In this document: positions 38,032 to 50,403 of the stretch, piece by piece
Position numbering within the stretch: the stretch's first letter is position 1
Layout of the letters: the number at the start of each line of letters is the position of its first letter
Assembly: GCF_001194135.2 (NCBI RefSeq)
Contig: NC_068988.1
Coordinates: 73,220,008-73,284,007 of the forward strand
Direction of reading: 5' to 3'
DNA length: 64,000 bases
DNA from: Octopus bimaculoides
Lineage: Eukaryota
Notes under the pieces: generated by a model
The model's input: only the letters and a program-made list of their open reading frames with translations
Told to the model about the DNA's origin: nothing
Databases searched by the model: none
Program-made: the position numbers and the translations under genes

Positions 38032-38820
38032 CAGGTGGAATCTCTTTAGTCCAGCATTTCATGGGCTGGAAACCCCCATAGTCTGACATGTTTTGAATCT
38101 GCTGCTATTAGTTTGCAGATCTGCCACCAAGATGGCATTGTTAGGAACCTGGCTTGTTTATATTTGATCTCATTCACATAGTTGTCAACTTTCTCACCCA
38201 TCCATTTTACTCTCACAAGAGAAGTTACATGAAATACGGGCATTCCTTCGAGTGTAGGGGCAAGATAAGCTCCACTTCCTTGTTCCACTTCATTTGAAGC
38301 TCCAGAACAACCGAGAAGACTTTTCTAATATCAATGGAGCATCTTTAACAAAACGCTTCCTTACTCACCTTGAGCTCATAATTGCTAGCTGTATCTCTTT
38401 GAGAAACTGCACATACACCACCAGCCTGCATCATCCACCAATAGAAAATATAAGCTTTCTTGTTGCCACCAGAAGTAAGCTCTGTTAATGAACTTCAAGC
38501 TTCTAACTGCTGATAAATGAATATACCATCCTAAATTTTGTTGGCCCATACACAAGGAAGGGCAAGATATACAACTGCTACTGCTCAGAGAGACCATAGT
38601 CTATGCATGTTGATCATGCAATCTGATTTGTAACTTGACATCATAAAATTGGTTACCTCCCCACTTGCAGCTGTTGTCACTAAGACATACACATCGATGA
38701 CTAATTGAATGATTGATACTAACATCTTGTGGTATTCAGTGTAATGAAATAATGTCTCTGAATATACCATCCTGCAGAATGCAGATAAAGTGATGCCAAC
38801 ATCCTGTCTGCAACACATGG
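38032..38820 (-). mobile_element. Heavily decayed pogo/Tigger-like transposon
   Basis: LPCVWANK and YFLLVDDA resemble DDE_1 motifs (LPV.Y.ANK.AW, LL.DNA); terminus TA|caggtggaatctc resembles a Tigger-type TIR. Confidence 0.4.
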
Positions 38821-38889
38821 ACTTAAAAATAATATAACTTATGTTGCTTTGATAGCATTAACAGCTACATAGCCTGAACTAATATATGT

Positions 38890-38912
38890 ATGTATGTATG
38901 TAAGTATGTATG

Positions 38913-38946
<34 letters not shown>

Positions 38947-38975
38947 TGTATGTATGTATGTATGTATGTATGAAT
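38890..38975. repeat. (ATGT)n microsatellite
   Basis: Direct observation; source of the MYVC ORF. Confidence 0.95.
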
Positions 38976-39167
38976 GTATGTACTTATGTACGTATATATT
39001 CTTTAACTATCTGATAATGGTGGAACTGGCTGAAACTTCGAAGTCACTGTTAATACTATTCTTGTTAAAGAATAGATTTGTACTCTACCATATGTATGTA
39101 TGTATTGAGTAATGCTTCAATTTAATGTAAAATTGTTTTTATCATAGCATAAAAAGCAAACATTAAT

Positions 39168-39231
<64 letters not shown>

Positions 39232-39429
39232 ACACTTCAATATGTGCAACTGTTAACACAGACATATTTTTCCTTTCCCTTTCTTTCCTCTCTCCGTCTA
39301 TTTTCTCTCCTCATTCCTTTCTCTAGAAGAGCGTAGGCTCAAAATGTCATAGACTTCTTCCATTTTTCCTGAGTGTTAAACTAATACACCCTGTTTGTTG
39401 TTCCCTCACCTGTCTCTATCTTTTGAACC

Positions 39430-39461
<32 letters not shown>

Positions 39462-39564
39462 GTGAGTCATCTAAGAGATCATAAGTCAGGGAAAAGATGC
39501 ACTCATATATCTATCAGTAGAGTGCGTATATTATCCAAAATGTATACAATTAAATATTCATCAT

Positions 39565-39656
39565 GGTTGATCTTACCAGTTGGTTTCGCATAACGAATAC
39601 CATGGAGTGCTAGGTAACAATCCAATTATATAACTTTACACTCATCAGAGTTAGCC
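39565..39656 (-). ncRNA. Type I hammerhead ribozyme motif, intact core (left arm)
   Basis: GGCTAACT-CTGATGA-GTGTAAAG...CGTTATGC-GAAA-CCA AC TGG-T-A-AGATCAACC. Core at 39642-39648, GAAA at 39584-39587, GUA triplet at 39574-39576. Confidence 0.75.
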
Positions 39657-39730
39657 GATGTGGAAGGGAATATGGCGACTGCTCTCTATTGTTGGACAAT
39701 AAAGAGCAGTTGCCATATTTCTTTCCATAT

Positions 39731-39839
39731 CAGCTAACTCTGATTATATAACTTTACGATGAGCATAAAGTTATATAACCAGATTGTTACCTAACAATCC
39801 ATTGTATTCTTTACGTGAAACTGAGTGGTAAGATCAGCC
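39731..39839 (+). ncRNA. Type I hammerhead motif with disrupted core (right arm)
   Basis: CTGAT|16-nt insert 39745-39760|GA-GCATAAAG...CTTTACGT-GAAA(39817-39820)-CTGAGTGG-TA-AGATCAGCC. Confidence 0.65.
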
Positions 39840-40176
39840 ATGATGAATATTTAATACTATACATTTCGGATAATATATTTATATATATATATATATATAT
39901 ATATNNNNNNNNNNNNNNNNNNNNNNNNNNNNNNNNNNNNNNNNNNNNNNNNNNNNNNNNNNNNNNNNNNNNNNNNNNNNNNNNNNNNNNNNNNNNNNNN
40001 NNNNNNNNNNNNNNNNNNNNNNNNNNNNNNNNNNNNNNNNNNNNNNNNNNNNNNNNNNNNNNNNNNNNNNNNNNNNNNNNNNAACAAACTGCCCCACTAC
40101 TCAGTATCATTAGATGGTAACCGACATAAAGAAATAAGAGCTTTATTTGCATACCCTTAACGTTTTAAAAGATATA

Positions 40177-40212
<36 letters not shown>

Positions 40213-40213
<1 letters not shown>

Positions 40214-41355
40214 TTCATCTCATCTCATCTTCTTTGCCTACTATTCTTGAGAGGGTCATAGGGGTGGAGTTCGCAAGAATGCCTTCCATCAGGTTCTGTT
40301 AGAAGCAACCATCTCCAGTTGATTCTGTTGGATCCCCAAGTGAGACTAACTGAGCTCATGGCTGTTATCTAACCATCTTTGCTCACGACTTATGCCTGGG
40401 TCCCCTGCTGGTTGGTTTTGCCTGTAAAATCTCTCCAGTGATTCTTTTCGGAGGCATGACTGTAGTATCAGAGTTGTGATCTGTTATTCCAGAGAAGTAG
40501 TGACTCTACCTGGAGTGTTTCTCTGATCTTCAAGCCATACATTCTATTAAGTAACATTACTCCAAAGTGGCCATCTCGGTCATTCTTTTGGTCATTCCAC
40601 AAGAGTCATGACCATATGTAAGAGTGGGCACAAACACTGAATTAAAGACAGCAAGTTTGGCTTTCACGCCTACCTGCTTCTTCTGATGACCAAATATTGA
40701 AGCTGGCACATTACTGCACCAGCTCCTCTAAGTCAACCTCCTGCTTGCCATCATTCATGTAAACAACCTCAAGGGACTTGAACTTCACCTGCTCCAGTGG
40801 AACACCAATTTCATATAGAGTGCATTGCACGTGCTTTCTTGAGAGGATGCACGTCTCAGTCTTGATGGCACTGATTTTCATTCTTGCCAAGCAGCATTTG
40901 GCAGCAAACATATCATGTGCATGTCGGAGATATCTTGTTGGGTAGTACTATATTGTTTGCAAATTCCAGTCAATGGATCTTATATCTATGAGGTTCAATA
41001 TTACTTCCAACCTGATTGCAAATGTCAATCCTGTCCATAAAGATTATGAATGGGAGAGGTGACAGTACATACCTTTGGTAGAGTCTGATACCTTCTTTGA
41101 ATGGTTTTGATTTAACCCCATTTACCCAAACACAAACATTAAGGCATTTATAAAGAATAAGACAATAAGAAACTGTCCAATGATCCCATACTCCTACAGA
41201 AACTTCCATAACAAGTCTTATGGAATGTGGTCATATACCTTTTTGAGGTTTATGAAACAAGCATGCATTTCTTGATAAGAGGTTGTTGGACTACCATGGT
41301 TTCTTACCAAATTGGTGACTGGTGTGAATGAGATCACCAAAACCTGCAATATCGT
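40213..41355 (-). mobile_element. RTE (BovB-like) LINE, RT to 3' end with (GATGA)n tail
   Basis: CFINLKKVYDHIP, VNGVKSKPF..GIRL.QRYVLSPLPFIIFMDRI, MPPKRI..AKP..R..LGI; tail tcatctcatctcatc. Confidence 0.85.
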
Positions 41356-41359
41356 TAGA

Positions 41360-42720
41360 GGTAATAAAGCCATTCATACTGCATCATCCTTCATGTGGGG
41401 TAATAAGGATATATTCAGGCCTTAGGTAGAGAGGCCTTTCTAAAAAGTATGTTGTAGTCTCCATCCAATGCTGTGAAAACTGGTCATGAACTTGCGACTT
41501 GTCATGAGAAGCATGCGATGGATACACAAAATTTATGGACCTTGAGATCCCCAAGAAAGGTTAAGAAGGAAGCAGACTCTGACAGTTGATAACTGGAATG
41601 TCATAACCCTTACAAGTAAGAAGCAGGAACTAGTGAAAGAGATGCTATTGGCTAGATATAGTTGGGATTTCCTCAACTCTAGAATTGGATGGAAGATGGA
41701 AACTCTGCTATTTAGGTGTGGTGCCATGAATGATTGCAGAGGCATGAGTGGGTATACTCACAAGTCTCCAGTTGTCGGAATGCGTTATGAAGTGGATCAT
41801 GTTGGGAAAGAGGATTTACCTCTTGAAGCTTAGGTTGAAAGATAGGCCTCTGTGGGTGGTGCAAGTTAATGCACTAAACAGAGAATCCTGATACAAATCC
41901 TTTTTTGATGAAGCTACTGCAGCATTAGATGTAATTATGACCAAGTCATTTATCATAATGGGAGACTTCAATGGCACCAACCACCTGACATAGAAAGGAG
42001 TGATTAGTAGGAATGGTGATCCTAATCTAAATACAAATGGAGAGGCCTTATTAAATTTTTGTTCTAGTAATGGGCTCTCTATTATGAACACCTTCCAGCA
42101 CAAAGACATCCATAAATATACATGATACTGAGGAGACCAGGGACAGAGATCAGTAATTGATCACTTTGATTCCATGCTGGATGTTCATGTCAAGAGAGGG
42201 GCTGCGCTGTCAACTGATCACCATCCAGTTGTCTGCAACATGAGATTACCTAAAACCAAGAAAACCCCCAAAACTGGCAGGTACCAGCTCAACCTAGAGG
42301 ATAAAGTGGGAAGTGCTAGTTGATGAGGAATTCAGGACCAGATATGCAAATATGACTGCATCTAAATTCAGAGAACTCCCTGAACAAACAAAGGATATTG
42401 AAATGAAGTGGTGATGTCCAGCTGAGCAGTTTCTGCTTCAGCTACTAAATGTTGTGGGTGAAAGTGGCTCATTGTGGTGCTGGGTGGCAGGAAGACTCTC
42501 CTTGGTTCAATCAAGAGGTTAAAGATGCCATCTGAACAAAGAATGGAGCTTACAAAGCTTGCCTTAGGAATAAGTCCTTCTTGTTGCACTTGTGGTACAA
42601 GCAGGCATGAAGAGTCACAGTAAAAGTGTCCAAGGTTGGGACATGGGAAGACTTAGGAGTTAAGCTGGAATCTAACTTTAGATCAGCAAATAAAGTATTC
42701 TGGCAGACAATCTGCTGACT
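41360..42720 (+). mobile_element. RTE LINE 5' part (UTR, APE endonuclease, linker), inverted relative to 40213-41355
   Basis: NWNVITLTSK.QELV, IIMGDFNG, NGDPNLNTNGEALLNFCSSNGLSIMNT.FQHKDIHKYT, STDHHPVVC, WEDLG.KLESNF.SANKVFWQTI. Confidence 0.8.
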
Positions 42721-42749
42721 ATGTAATAAGTTTATGTAAATAATAGAAA

Positions 42750-42950
42750 GACTAAATCAAGGAATGTTGTTTGGTGTAATCCGCTATTCACATCTTACAA
42801 ACTAAATTCCTTGGAAATTCTTTGCAACACTGGATAAATATTTCCTACCTTAAAGTAAGTATGGAGAATTACTTGCCATAGAGTAAAATTTTCTTATTCA
42901 ACCACCAGAAATTTGGCTGAAATTATAACAACACATAACAAAAAAGTAAA
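42750..42950 (+). mobile_element. PLE fragment (region upstream of the endonuclease)
   Basis: RNVVWCNPLF (cf. IIWFNPPF), LDKYFP, NLAEIITTHNKK. Confidence 0.5.
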
Positions 42951-43104
42951 ATGTATTACATAATTACTTCAAAATTAAGATTATTAAATTGTAGAACCAG
43001 TCTTATGATGAAATGTTTCCATAAATAAAGAAAAACATTTAAGTATTTCAGTAGTAAATAACACCTTAATTAGAATTGCCTTTCCTATGATCTAATAAGC
43101 ATAA

Positions 43105-43400
43105 TTTTTCAAAATTTTTTAGCATACATAAATAGCTAGATAACTAAATGTTGTGATGTAGAATTTCTATGTTTATTTGTTATTCTTTCATTATCTACCA
43201 ACATTATTATAAGTTTAACTTTTTTTGTATGCACTTCATATATTATGAATAATAGCTAGATAACTAAAGGTTGTGATGTAGAATTTCTGTGTTTATTTTT
43301 TCGTTATCAACTGACGTTCATATAAGTTTAAATATTAAACTGGTTTTTCTTAGAATGTTATAATTCTTCTTAACATTCTTTTTGTATGCACTTATGTATT
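43105..43400. repeat. Imperfect tandem duplication of an ~120-bp unit
   Basis: aatagctagataactaaa.gttgtgatgtagaatttct.tgtttattt occurs at ~43130 and ~43252. Confidence 0.75.
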
Positions 43401-43535
43401 ATAGATACTATTTCAGTTCATTTTGAATTTGACCTGTTTTGTTATTGTGGTAATATTGTGTTAGCTTATACAAATTATTGTTGGTAACATATGGTGTAAT
43501 CATCAATTAAATATGTGATATTCTCCATTCTTGTT

Positions 43536-43615
<80 letters not shown>

Positions 43616-44089
43616 ATATATATGTTGATGCCTCCTCATATCTGTATTAGAAATATTGTTCTTCAGGAACTTTTGTAGTGAATGTGAATATGTACATTTA
43701 TAGCTTTTGCACAGAATATGTCAAATAAGTTGTAAATGTGCAGCTTTTGCATAATCTAAACCTGATGTCCCTTGAAAACCTTTAGAAAATGTATATAGCC
43801 TGTTTGTAAGTTCATACACATATTTATATGCATATATTTTGGTAATTTTGAATACATATACATGTATAACACTTGTGAAATTAGATAGAGCATTTATTGT
43901 AGAAAATTACATAATGTAGAATAATGACTATAACATATTGTGCATATTAAAACTAATCAAATCTGTATAATATTTGGGGAATGTTGAATATAATTTTCTT
44001 ATTTTCCTATTATTTTAGCATTATTATTTATTTCTTCACACTCCCATTAGCGACTATATTCTTCAGCAATACCTCCTATTGGAAAAATT

Positions 44090-44360
44090 GAATATTCATA
44101 AACGCAAAGCAAAATGTAGTAATTCCCACATAGTTCTAACAGCTACTGTTATGCTGCTATACGAGTCATTGGAGATGACCCCTTCCTGAATAACTTGATT
44201 AACTATATAGATGAATAGACCATATCTTACACCATCAGATATTTTAAGCATCTCACCAGTAATTCTTGATGGACCATGAACTTTCCCTGTCTCATCCTTA
44301 ATTGCATTATCTAGGATTGCGGGTCCCTCTGTTGCATTCACATTGGGAAGACTCCCTTTC
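44090..44360 (-). mobile_element. RTE LINE fragment (RT N-terminal region)
   Basis: AIKDETGKVHGPSRITGEMLKIS..IVNQVIQEG matches the RTE KA.GP.GI.AEMLK motif. Confidence 0.7.
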
Positions 44361-44599
44361 TCCTATTCATTCTCCATATTCATTAACCATTCACTTCCAT
44401 GGCTCTTTCTTCTAAGTGCAAGCATACCATTATCCATCTGTACACACTTCTCATCCACAACATCTCAATTCTCTCTGATACACTGTTTAAGCAATCAGGA
44501 ACACCTGAGATCAAATAGAGAGTGTATATCTATTATGCATGCTATACACATTATATTTTCACATTATATCTTAAAATTTATCCTGGCTGGATAGGTGGT

Positions 44600-45110
44600 A
44601 ATGTTGATGCGAAGGAGAATTGCACTTGAAATTTTGCAGTTTAACTTGTTGTTTGTGTAAGGGGAGAATGTTTCTTTCCTAATGTTCAAAATGTTCACTG
44701 TTGAAGTTATGATGTTTAATTTCTCTGTAATACAGAGATTGTAACTACTACCATGTGCCTTATATTTACTGGCCTTAGTACTGATGCTCCAGTTTATTGG
44801 GGTTGTCCACATCTCTGTTTTTAAGGCTCCATACCATATTAGACAAAGTGGATGCATGTCTATTTTTATTTAGTTACTACTGGTTGTTGGTACTTTAATT
44901 ATGATATCCAAGTTGTGAATCTTTTATTGAGTTCAGTACTCCTTTCTAAGGTTGGGTATGTCAACCAAATGGTGTCATGAAAAATCAACTGTGTGGAACA
45001 TCTTTCTTCCTAAACTGGGTGATTAAATGAGTGTAGTGTGTAAAAAGGGCTTACAAGCCGGTTTTTTGGGTCTGAAGAGACATATGGCAGTTCACTGGAA
45101 TCATATCTCA
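44600..45110 (-). mobile_element. PLE GIY-YIG C-terminal fragment
   Basis: INWSISTKASKY..GSSYNLCITEKL.I..NILNIRKE. Confidence 0.65.
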
Positions 45111-45197
45111 TAAAATAATCTATTCAGTTCAGTGGAAGTTACAACTTTTGTCTGTCACCTTTGCCTCAAATCATGCATATCTGCAGCATGACTGAAT

Positions 45198-46771
45198 ACC
45201 ATAAAACCCCATGTAATTTACGCACTTTTTTCACAAAAACAAAAATAAACTTTAGTGGGTGCGTAAATTACATGAGTAGATCATTTCCAAAACTTATTTT
45301 AGAAATTTTTTTGTTGAAAAATGATGTACAAATGTAAACATTTGTATTGGAAGTTGACACATTTAATGTCAGAATAAGTTTTTATGGAAAAAATATAATG
45401 AAGTTGACTTTTATTTATGCTGGACGGTATAATGCTTGCTTTTTCTCTATAAATTTACTAAAACACTTAAATGGTTAACTACTTTTTGAAGTTTGACATT
45501 CATGCTGGTAATCATGGTCTGGGCTATATTTTACATTACTTGGAGTTTCTACCTATTTCAATGGAGTGAAGCAATTTCCTTTAATAGATCAGTTTTTCTC
45601 TGCTTAAGAAGTCTAGCTTGCATTTGCCTCTAGGAAGCTATTGCTCGCTTTCTCTGTGTTAGAACAATGAAATTCATCACCGCCGACATCATCGCCACCA
45701 GCTCTTACTGCAACTAACGTTGACAACATCATCATAATTCATCCTTGTGCCTGTAAACTCACTAAGTGAATATAACTTAGTGTTCCTACAGAAACTTTCA
45801 TTTACCTTATATGATGTTTAATGTCGTTTCACATTCATGTTGAATTATGCAGCAATCGTATGTTCTCTTCATAGAACACTTGTAATGTACATATTACCAG
45901 TTCTTTTGGTATAGTAGATTTTTGATATTCTTATTTATATCTCCTCACAAACGTATATTCTAACAAGTCACTTTTTAAATTTTGCATTCCTCTTGTTCAA
46001 TAAACGCTGAGTTAAACTTGCAAAGCTGTTTATTTTCTTTTGATTTTTAATGTTTATTGTAGCAGGTTACCAAACTATCAGTTTAGTCTCCTGGCTAAAA
46101 CGGTAATGACAAATTTTTAAGTTTGCTTGACATTTTATAAGTGTGAAAGGGATTAAAATTTTGATTCTCTGTATCAAAGGTTCCAACAAGAATAGGCAGA
46201 AAATCAGAGCTTGAGATAAGATGACACTTTCGACCAATCAGAATTTTGTTTAGATAATCAGTTTGATCGGTCACCTTCCTCTGTTGGTTGAGTAAAGTGT
46301 CATCGAAGCTGATGTTTATTGGTAATTAAACTTCTTTTGCAACACTTGTGCATATTTATCAGCTTTGGTTTTTGTTGATAAGAATTATCAACAACTTTTC
46401 TTGTGATCCTGATTTGAGAAGACATACGGCAGTATGCTAAAGATTAGACATAATCTCTTGTTGGCAAGAAATGTAAAATAAAGTTTATCATAAACAACAC
46501 AAACACTTCGTAAATTAGTAGCTTTTAATGTGATACTTGTTAAACAGAAATTATTTTTATTTAATGAAAATTTAATAAAATCTAATGATAAGTAAGTGAA
46601 ATTATGCTAAATACAACTAAATTGAAAACCTTTTTCCCTGGTCATATTGGCAATTCTGAAAACTTTTGGGTGCAAATTTTACATGAGTAGAAGCTTTTTT
46701 TTAACAAATTTTATCCTGAAAATCACCTGCGTAAATTACACCAGTGCGCAAATTACACGGGTTTTTATGGT
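45198..46771. mobile_element. ~1.57-kb non-autonomous TIR element (pogo/Tc1-like) with repeated subterminal motifs
   Basis: 28-bp TIRs accataaaaccccatgtaatttacgcac / gtgcgcaaattacacgggtttttatggt (3 mismatches); gggtgc..aa.tttacatgagtag repeated at ~45257 and ~46668; no ORF. Confidence 0.7.
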
Positions 46772-47189
46772 GGTTAACTGAGAGGTCATGGAAAGAATGT
46801 CAGAAATGCTATTGACAATGAGGAAGCTCAGAGAGACAGTATTCACCTGTAAAGATGGAGCAATCCTCATGTGTGTATGTTTGTGTGTATGTGTGTGTGC
46901 ATGAATGTGTTTGCATGTACATATGCATATGTGTATGCATGCCTGCATACAAATGTATGTGTGCAATCTTGGATATAATTGCATCTGTGAACTGTATGTT
47001 TAGCTTACATATATGTTCATACATATAGTCTACATAACTGAATGTGCATGCATTAAATTACAATTCTGGAGTGTTTTACATATTTCCATAGCTAAATTAA
47101 TGACTTGTAGCTAATTTTTTACTTAAATGAAGCCCATCTTCTCAAAATGGGGGTTGAGGCAGTCAGTTAAACAAAGACACAATCCTTCT

Positions 47190-47500
47190 TTGTGCATCAT
47201 TCTCACTAGCATCAATGTCAACAAAGCTCTTTAGTCTCTTCCCTAGTATCAGTTCATGCTAAATATACACAACACCTCCTTAAGAATCAATACAAAATAA
47301 CTGGCTATTAAACTACCTGTCAAGCCATCAAGCCTCTATTACCAACTCTTCTGGAATCTGTAATTTCCCAACTGGTGTACCACAAGAATCTTTTCCCTAA
47401 GTACTGTTTTCAACCTGCATGATATTTCTACACCTCCATAAAACATACTATCTCATGTACAGGTAACATCATACACACACCTTCCTAACATTTTTCATAC
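47190..47500 (+). mobile_element. Decayed LINE RT fragment
   Basis: NVNKAL, WLLNYLS and GVPQES resemble D..KAF / WL.NYL / GVPQGS. Confidence 0.5.
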
Positions 47501-49236
47501 ACTGCTGCACAGCTACTCTCACCCTACTTAAATCCCCTTGAAATCCAGCTCCATAACAATAGATTTTAGGACAGGAGTAAACTGGAGTAAATTTTGTCTA
47601 CCACGGGTGTGAATTTGCTGATTATGGTTTTCCACCTATATTTTTTTCTGTCATTATTTAAAAACATTTTTAAGCTGAAAAAAATTTGAAACACCTATTT
47701 TGAGAAAAAAATATTTTTACTTTTCTTACTATTTTGTATACTTCTTAATTACTGTGTGCTAATGGAGCGGTCTAATTTTCAGTTCTTTTACTCAGAATTT
47801 TTTTATAATATTGATAAAAAGAATTGTTCCATTTAAGTGATCTATTTTATAGTTTTTAGATGATGTAATTTCAGTAATTTAATTTTTTCTTCTTTGTAGG
47901 TTTACATTTGTCAAATTAATATTTTATTGACAGTACAATGCTCCTGTGACAAGTCCTGGTATCAAATACACATTTGTGTCACTTTCATAGTGTTGTATTC
48001 ATTTAATCTTAAAGCAACATTGGACTTCAAACTAAACTGGAAGTGTTAGATGAATTTTCAGTGAAGACATTTTTACACATGTGCATTTTGACTGTGTGAA
48101 AGTTAAAGGACAATTAGAGCAGTTGGAGTGACTGGAAAAAATTGATAAGGAGACTGGTTTCTCTTTTTGGCTGGAGAAGGGTTTTCTATCTTTGAAGAAT
48201 TCTTTAAAGGATAAGTTTTACTGTTGGTAGTACATGTTAGTGAAATTGATCACTCTCTTATAGCTGATGAGGTTAACTTTGCATAAACTGATATTTTGCT
48301 CTGTCAATTATTTATGCCATACTTACAAATAATGTTCTTTTTCTGATTTCTGTATCGTTTTATTAATTTAACTAAATGGGTTGATATGCTATCATTAACT
48401 TTTGTTTACTAATCAAATGGCTAGATCAGGAACAGAATCTAATCCTTGGTTATAGTTAGAGGAAATCTTTTTAATTACAGAACAATATTTTATTCAGTAA
48501 ATTTTTCATTGTCAAAATTTATGTAAGTAGTTATTATTTAATAAGAATATTAACATATATACCTTTCCTCTGTCATAGCCTTGACCAAAGCCTTATGAGG
48601 GAATGATCAGCAGAAATTATATAGTAGCCTATTTGAAGGGTCTTTTCTTTTCTTAGGTGGCAGACTTAATCTGTTGCTCAGTTTTGCACCATCATCTGGC
48701 TCTTGGGAACCTTTAGTGAAGCCCACTCTGTTGTTAGCATTTAAATCAGACCTTGCATTTCAGCATAACTTCCTCTCTCACCAGTCTCACAGGTTCTAAA
48801 ACATGTCACAAGCACTGCCCTTCTGCTATGTCATAAACAAAAAATGAACAATATATAAAATAATTTTCAAATAATTATGTTTTAATATTTGTGTCAATCT
48901 TTATGTTTCAGGATTTTAAACTGATCTACTTGAAACCAATCCTTATATTATATATGGATTCTTTGTTTTCTATTTATATTTGACACCCTAAACAACAAGG
49001 AGCGTCTGTTATTTTTTTTCTATCAAATGACTGAAATTTCACTTGCTAATCTCTCTCTAGAAACATGTTTTTAACAGTGTGTTGCTATCAGATTGTTGTA
49101 TTGAAATTATAAATTGCTGGTATTCTTTTTTTTTATATAATTTATCAGTAGTTTGTTTTATATTTGGATATGCAATATATTTGTACATACTGAAGTTCAT
49201 GTATGTATTTTATTGCTTGGGTCTCATTGGGGCAAA

Positions 49237-49583
49237 GTGGCTGATGCTGGTAGCATATGAAAAGCTCCTTTTGAATGTTGGGCTTCACGAAGGTAATGAC
49301 CGAGACCATTGGCATTTTCTTGCTTCAGAAGAAGACCTATCAAGCCCAGTAAAATTGCAGTTGTGGCAGATACTGGTGTCATGCAATTGGCACCCATGCT
49401 GGTAGCATGTAAAAGCACCCATTACATTCTCAGAGTGATTGGCGTTAGGAAGGGCATCCAACCGTAGAAACCATGCCAAATCAGACTGGAGTCTGGTGCA
49501 GCCTTCCAGCTTGACAGCCCTGGTCAAACTGTCCAATCCACACTAGCATGGACAACAGCCGTTAAATGATGATGATGATGATG
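49237..49583 (+). mobile_element. RTE-family 3' end with (GAT)n tail
   Basis: Homologous to 11430-11730; ttaggaagggcatccaacc and gttaaatgatgatgatg. Confidence 0.85.
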
Positions 49584-49894
49584 GTAAATGTTGGCCTTAA
49601 AGTACTAATTTCCCCAAACTGATGCTAGGAAATGTTTTTAAACAATACATTGTAATTAAAATTGAGAGGTGGATTGAATGTTTCATCAACTTATGCAATC
49701 TATATACATATCTACACATAACAAACTTTATTTAAGGAATATGCACATAAATGCAACTAGAATATTTATCAATTTAATAGATATATAAGCAGTTATTCAG
49801 CCTTGCAGATTTACACTAATCAACAACTTTTACATACATTTTATAAATGATTATCTATATTTTTTTTTTGTTACTTTCTTCTGCAATTATTGTT

Positions 49895-50070
49895 TAGCCT
49901 CATGGTTAACTCTGAGCAAACTTATGATGTCCAGCTATGAGCAGTCTGTCATATTTTCCATATAGTATAGTCAGGACCACATTATCCAATGAATCTTTTT
50001 TTTTCATGATGTGTTAGTGTGATTTGAGGGAAATTTGGCTGCAATTTGTAGCAGATTGACTGACCAGGTA
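49895..50070 (-). mobile_element. Dispersed SINE-like repeat, family F
   Basis: Reverse-complement homology to 17740-17905. Confidence 0.45.
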
Positions 50071-50403
50071 GAAGCTTTCTCACTTGTATTATAATCAAAT
50101 TTTGTATTATAGATGGTCACAGTTATATTTAATTGGATCTATGCTCCGACATCAGCTTTCATGCACACACACACACTCAACTACTACTGTCAACACCACC
50201 ACCACCACTATCAACAACCACAAAGTATTGCAAATATTGCATAGAAAATAATTTCTTTAGTAAAATTAATCCTCCACATTAATTAATTAACTTTCTATTT
50301 CAAATAAATTCCCTGTTTCCTGCAAATTTTGAGATATTTAAAACAAAGTTTAGTTATTGTTATTTGATGTTAATGTTTTATTCAATGTTCTTTATATTTA
50401 CAG

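Larger units (their letters stand above)
39527..39877. mobile_element. Fold-back (palindromic) element made of two inverted hammerhead-bearing units
   Basis: Left arm 39527-39692 vs right arm 39696-39877: 24 mismatches in 166 (about 86%) by manual alignment, a 3-nt loop and a 16-nt insert in the right arm. Confidence 0.9.

Noticed and set aside
47881-47990. Strong acceptor-like site ttttttcttctttgtAG
   Set aside because: No open frame or KLF exon 1 motif downstream; it cannot be supported without transcripts.
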